A stretch of 64,000 nucleotides of DNA from Felis catus (Eukaryota): the NCBI RefSeq assembly GCF_018350175.1, contig NC_058369.1:15998001-16062000 (forward strand), given 5' to 3'. Positions 59,664 through 64,000 of this stretch are shown one piece after another (within the stretch, counting starts at the first letter, position 1; every line of letters begins with the position of its first letter). Position numbers and translations under genes: made by a program. Under the pieces are notes generated by a model, which ran no database searches, was not told where the DNA came from, and saw nothing but the letters and a program-made list of their open reading frames with translations.

Positions 59664-59798
59664 GCCGGGATGACCGCTGAGGGCCGCGAAAGCAGGTGAC
59701 TGGCGGGAAGGGGGACAGCCCGGCGCCCCAGGCGGGGCTGAGAGCGGGGTGGGCCTGGGGTGCCGCAGGAGGGGAGGCCACGGAGTCTGCGGGTGGGT

Positions 59799-59833
59799 TT
59801 ACCTCCTCAGGAAGGCGCAGGCTTCCAGAAGCG
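59799..59833 (-). CDS. LTF: Lactoferrin, last coding exon: (P)LLEACAFLRR-stop
   Basis: Minus-strand acceptor ctttggtgtgtcccacAG, then CG CTT CTG GAA GCC TGC GCC TTC CTG AGG AGG TAA; phase continues from the previous exon. Confidence 0.93.
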
Positions 59834-60392
59834 CTGTGGGACACACCAAAGCAGAAGAGTCAGTAACTGATTTCTTTTGATGAGTAGATCAATCAAGGAG
59901 GGCACTAAGAAACAGACCCTCCCCTGCCTTCGGCGGTGCCGGCTCACTTGTCTCCCTGTGCCTTCCTCCTCAGGCCAGCCCAGCCGCTGGGGCCCTGGCT
60001 AACCCGGGTGATGTCCCACCCTGGCCCGACGGACACAGCCCCCACCCCATTTGTCTCTAATGGAACCAACTGTCACCCTCAAGTTCACGTGACACGATGG
60101 TCCTCTCACTTCTGAAATGTGGGCAGCCCACGCCCTCGTCTTTATGCAAATCTGTCTCCACTCGTGTTCACCCAGCCCTTCACAAATACTCGCGGGGGCC
60201 TGCTTTGCGTGAGTCACTGCGCTAAGTGCTGGGGGCTCGGCAGGGACACACAGGCCCTGTCCTCAAGGGGCAGGCAGTCTGTGCAATCCTGAGCTGGCTG
60301 CTCCCAAGAATAGCCCTACAGCCTCTTTCTCAAAATGTCGTCAGTGCTAGGACCACCCAACCACGATCCCGAGACGCCGGGTGGTAAAGGAC

Positions 60393-60592
60393 AGTGACGC
60401 TATTGACGTTTGGGCCCAGGCGATTCTTCATCGAGAAGGCCGTCCCGTGCTTTGTTTGGTAGTATCCCCGGCTTCTGCCCCCCAGACACCAGCAGCACCC
60501 CCCTAAGTTGTAAGAATCAAAAACACCTCCAAGCGTTGCCAGATGTCCCCTCGGTGCGGGGCAGGGGAACTGTGCCTGGTTGGGAACAGCTG
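60393..60592 (-). mobile_element. MER20 DNA transposon relic in the last LTF intron
   Basis: Reverse complement reads ggggacatctggcaacgcttggaggtgtttttgattcttacaac...gggtgctgctggtgtct...gcccaaacgtcaatag, matching the MER20 pattern. Confidence 0.7.
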
Positions 60593-61243
60593 ATACAGAG
60601 ATTCTTGGCCCCGCCCCACCCCTGGACCACCCCACCCGATGCCTCCAGCTGTCTGGACGAGGTGCCAGAAATTAGACTTTGGGTGATTCCCCGCCCGGCC
60701 TCCCCCGGCACAGGGGAGGCAATGCCCGTTGAAATTTTAGAATCACCGCCTGGAGCCTTACAACACTCTGCGATGTCTTAGAAATGTTTTTGGAGGGCCA
60801 AGTTATTTGTCAATATGTTTTCCTGGCTAAGATACTTTCTGAGAATTTGTAGTCTCGACAGTTGGCATTTATGGTAATCGTCTAGAGACCGGGGTTGGTC
60901 CTTTCTGAATACATACAGGTATACACATACGTATATATGTGTGCAGGCGTGTATACTTACATATAGGTATACACACGCTTCATTCTACTGAATACAATGA
61001 ATTCTCAGTGTCTAAAACCTCCCTGACAGGCACTTACAATCAGGATTATAAAAACTTAGCATATTATCTACTGCTTTACTTTTCCTGAGTGTTTCCACCC
61101 CATCGGTGAGGCTGTAACTTCCCGAGGTCGGGGGATATCGCATCGCCTTCACATTTTTTTTCCCATCTTCCCTCCTGGAATGCTGTTTGGCCCTCCAACC
61201 TTGCCCTTCACGCGCGATGGTTTCTCCGGGACGTCCTACTTAC

Positions 61244-61433
61244 GGGAGGTTGAGCACTGTCTCAGATTACCAACGGCCGTGACATATGCCGATCCCAAAT
61301 ATTCTTCATACGTCGTTTTGCCTTGGAGTTTGGCCAGGCACTCGGTGTTGTCATTGAACAGGAGGTTTTTGGTTTTGGACCGGAACAGGCAAAACTCACT
61401 TGGGCATTTGTCTCCGTTTGTTCCAAAATGAGT
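61244..61433 (-). CDS. LTF: Lactoferrin, penultimate exon (190 bp): [63 protein letters not shown]
   Basis: [15 protein letters not shown] is lactoferrin-type rather than serotransferrin-type. Acceptor ttttggtacAG, donor GTAAGT; phase matches the neighbouring exons. Confidence 0.95.
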
Positions 61434-62065
61434 CTGTACCAAAAGGGCAGACAAGTAAGCAAGTCACCGAGGGAAACAGGAGAACGTGTGGACCAAGAGA
61501 GGCCAAGGACATTCCTTCCGTCCAGGCTCAGCCCTGAGTTCTGGAGCTGAGTTCTGGAGTCCTTCCACTGCCTCAGCTGAGCTTCCTGCCACCCCCGTGT
61601 CATCCCGCAGCCCGTGCCCCGGGTGGCCGACCCACCGGGCAGGGCCTGGGCCCCCCCACTACCTCTGACCCACCTCCCACCATCGTCCCCTCCTTGTTAA
61701 TCTGTGGTCTCTTCCCTTAGAACCTCTGGGTGGCCAGGTGACAGCTGAGGATTTCCGAGATCACCTACAGCATTCCCACAGGCCAGCTTTCCTGGAGAAA
61801 CTGTCTGCATCGGAAATCTTCTCTGCCACTGAGCGGGTCATTGCCTTGGGCAGGCCGCTCAGCCTCCCGTGGCCATAGATCCTCCTCTATGCCCAGGAGT
61901 CAGAGCAAAACACCTCGATGATTAAAGACCTCTTATCAGCCCCAGTGAGTGTGCCAACAGTGAGATTACCGCGCCTTTTATTACGAGGCCGGGGTACTGT
62001 CTTTAAAGCACACGTAAGACGCATGGGGTTTTAATACAAAACTAGAAGCTCTAAAAGAGAATCCC

Positions 62066-62295
62066 AGGGGCGCCTGGGTGGCTCAGTCGGTTAAGCATCC
62101 AACTTCAGCCCAGATCGTGATCTCACGGTTCGTGGGTTCGAGCCCCGCGTCGGGCTCTGTGCTGACAGCTCGGAGCCCGGAGCCTGCTTCGGATTCTGGG
62201 TCTCCCTCTCTCTCTGCCCCTCCCTGCTCATGCTCTGTCTCTGTCTCTGTCTCTCTCCAAAATAAATAAACATTACAAAATATTTTTAAAAAACA
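62066..62295 (+). mobile_element. CanSINE in an LTF intron (another, partial, at 63858-64000)
   Basis: TSD aaaagagaatcccag. Confidence 0.9.
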
Positions 62296-62599
62296 AAAGA
62301 GAATCCCAGACTTTAAGGAAATTGCACAGTTTGCTTCAAACCACTTTCCACAGACAGCCTTCAATCTATGGGAGTTCTGGGTCTGTTGTTGTCCTTCGAG
62401 ATTACAAAGGCGGATGCCTCTGCTGTTCTCACGGAGACTCCGGGCAGCTCCTCAGCATGAAGCCAACACATGAAGCCACCGGCGCCAGGCAGAGGGACAA
62501 GACAGAAGGGCCGTGGGTAGGCGGCTTTACCTACAACCGCCCTGCCCCCACAAGAGCCCGGCCAGTTAAGAAAGGGCCGGAGGCCCTGGGGATCCGCAC

Positions 62600-62784
62600 C
62601 TGCTGTTGGAGCAGCACCTGCTCCAGGTGTTGAGCCTTATCTTCCCGAGACACCACGCCGTGGTTCGGAGCCCTGGCCAGGTGGCACCTCTCCGCCTCCT
62701 TCACAGGCTTCCGGGTGCCGTCCAGGCACAGCAGCTCGAAGTCCTCCAGCCTCAAATCCTTAGCCCATGCCTCAGAGCTCCCTC
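62600..62784 (-). CDS. LTF: Lactoferrin, third-last coding exon (185 bp): (G)[61 protein letters not shown]
   Basis: Transferrin-family C-lobe motifs LLCLDG and APNH (iron-ligand His). Minus-strand acceptor tttttctctccccAG and donor GTGCGG bracket the exon. Confidence 0.95.
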
Positions 62785-63009
62785 CTGGGGAGAGAAAAAG
62801 AGACAGCATCAGCCACGGCTGTCCAGCTTAGTCAAAGGTCCGCCCTGGGTGGGCTGGACGAGTCCACCGGCCTCTTGAAATGCACACAGGCGGGTCTCAG
62901 TGACGCGAGAGAGAGGGAAGGAAGCTTTGTCGGCACCGACGATACAAACTTCCAACATATCAAACGTTAGGGCTGCTTCCGTTCAAGGGAATTAGGAGTC
63001 AACAACCAA

Positions 63010-63350
63010 AGAGAGGGAATCATTGACACGTTCTACAACGTGGATGGGCCTTGAAAACACGATGCCAAGTGAAAGAAGCCAGTCTCAGAAGGCCACATGG
63101 TTCCATTTGTGGGAAATGTCCAGAGCAGGCCAATCTACAGAGACAGAAAGCGAGCTCAAGGTTGCCAGCTCTGGAGGAGAGGGGAAGGGCACAGGGTCAC
63201 TTTATGGGCTTGTGTGAGTATTCTAGAATCGGACTGTGTGGGTGGGTCACACAGCTCCATGGATGTGCTGGAGACCACCGAATCGCACACTTTGAACGGA
63301 CGGATTTCGTGGCATGAATTATCTCTCAATAGAGCTGTTGATTTTTTAAA
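63010..63350 (+). mobile_element. L1 3'UTR fragment (L1MB/MC type) in an LTF intron
   Basis: acaacgtggatgggccttgaaaacacgatgccaagtgaaagaagccagtc...tatctctcaatagagctgtt. Confidence 0.7.
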
Positions 63351-64000
63351 AAGAAAACCTTCCATCTATGCCATGTTTTCTAGTGAGCTCCAGAAAAAGA
63401 ACCATCTGGTTTATGTCCGAGAAGAAATTGCTTTCTCCTTCCTTTCGTGTTCGAATGGTCTTACTGTCACTAGGAAAAAGAGAGGAACCTCTATACATTT
63501 CTCAAATATGTTCAGTCAATTCCAATAAAACGCAGTTGTGAAATCCCAAAGAAATTGACAGACAATTAAATCTGACATCACTCTAGGGGATCAAGAGTCC
63601 CCTGATTGGGATCAGCACTGAGAAGTATACAGAAGTGTTGAATCCCTATACTGTGTATCTGAAATTGTTATCACACTGGATATTAATTATCCTTCAGTAT
63701 AAAAAAAAAGCTGACATCAGTCTGATCCTTGGACATCACTTAGAGTGACGGTTCACAAATTCAAAATGTAACTGTATGCGTGTCTGAGTGTGTGCAAATA
63801 CAGGTTCATTGCTCAGACCCCTGCGTCTCTCTTTCCGCTCTCTCCCCTCAAAAAAAAGGGGAGCCTGGGTGACTCAGTCAGTTGAGCATGGGACTCTTGA
63901 TTTTGGCTCGGGTCATGATCCCAGGGTCATGGGATCGAGCCCTGCGTCAGTCTCTGTGCTGAGTATGTAGCCTGTTTATGAGGCCCTCTCTCTCTCTTTC

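Noticed and set aside
59799..62784. Serotransferrin or melanotransferrin instead of LTF
   Set aside because: The [14 protein letters not shown] motif, the LLEACAFLRR terminus and adjacency to CCRL2 indicate lactoferrin.
1..64000. CRISPR array, prokaryotic defence system or intact provirus
   Set aside because: Mammalian DNA; no repeat-spacer periodicity and no gag/pol/env ORFs beside the solo LTR.

Overview
This is mammalian genomic DNA from a felid. The dense CanSINE (SINEC_Fc-type) content and the cat-like CCR5 protein support that call. The window covers the chemokine-receptor cluster in its conserved order: CCR2 (+, 18285-19406), CCR5 (+, 30609-31667), CCRL2 (+, 56281-57330), then the last three exons of lactoferrin LTF (-, 62784-59799), convergent with CCRL2. 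The non-coding first exons and promoters of CCR2 (~14.0-14.4 kb) and CCR5 (~28.4-28.7 kb) are recognisable. The rest is mostly SINEs, L1 fragments, MIR/L2, LTRs, DNA transposon relics and microsatellites. No CRISPR array, RNA gene or credible novel protein-coding gene was found. The main signals are: (1) three sharply bounded CCR2/CCR5 gene-conversion tracts (687 bp, 6 mismatches) that spare the ligand-specificity loops and carry a strong GC3 bias; (2) shared unusual substitutions at GPCR activation-switch positions (Asn at 3.40 and 6.51); (3) mutually complementary (GAAA)n and (TTTC)n tracts near the two ends of the CCR5 intron; (4) relic paralogy between the CCR2 and CCR5 first exons; (5) a relic CCR2A-type exon whose donor reads GC; (6) a likely L1 3' transduction. 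Comparisons with human and mouse sequences are from recall and need confirming by alignment.
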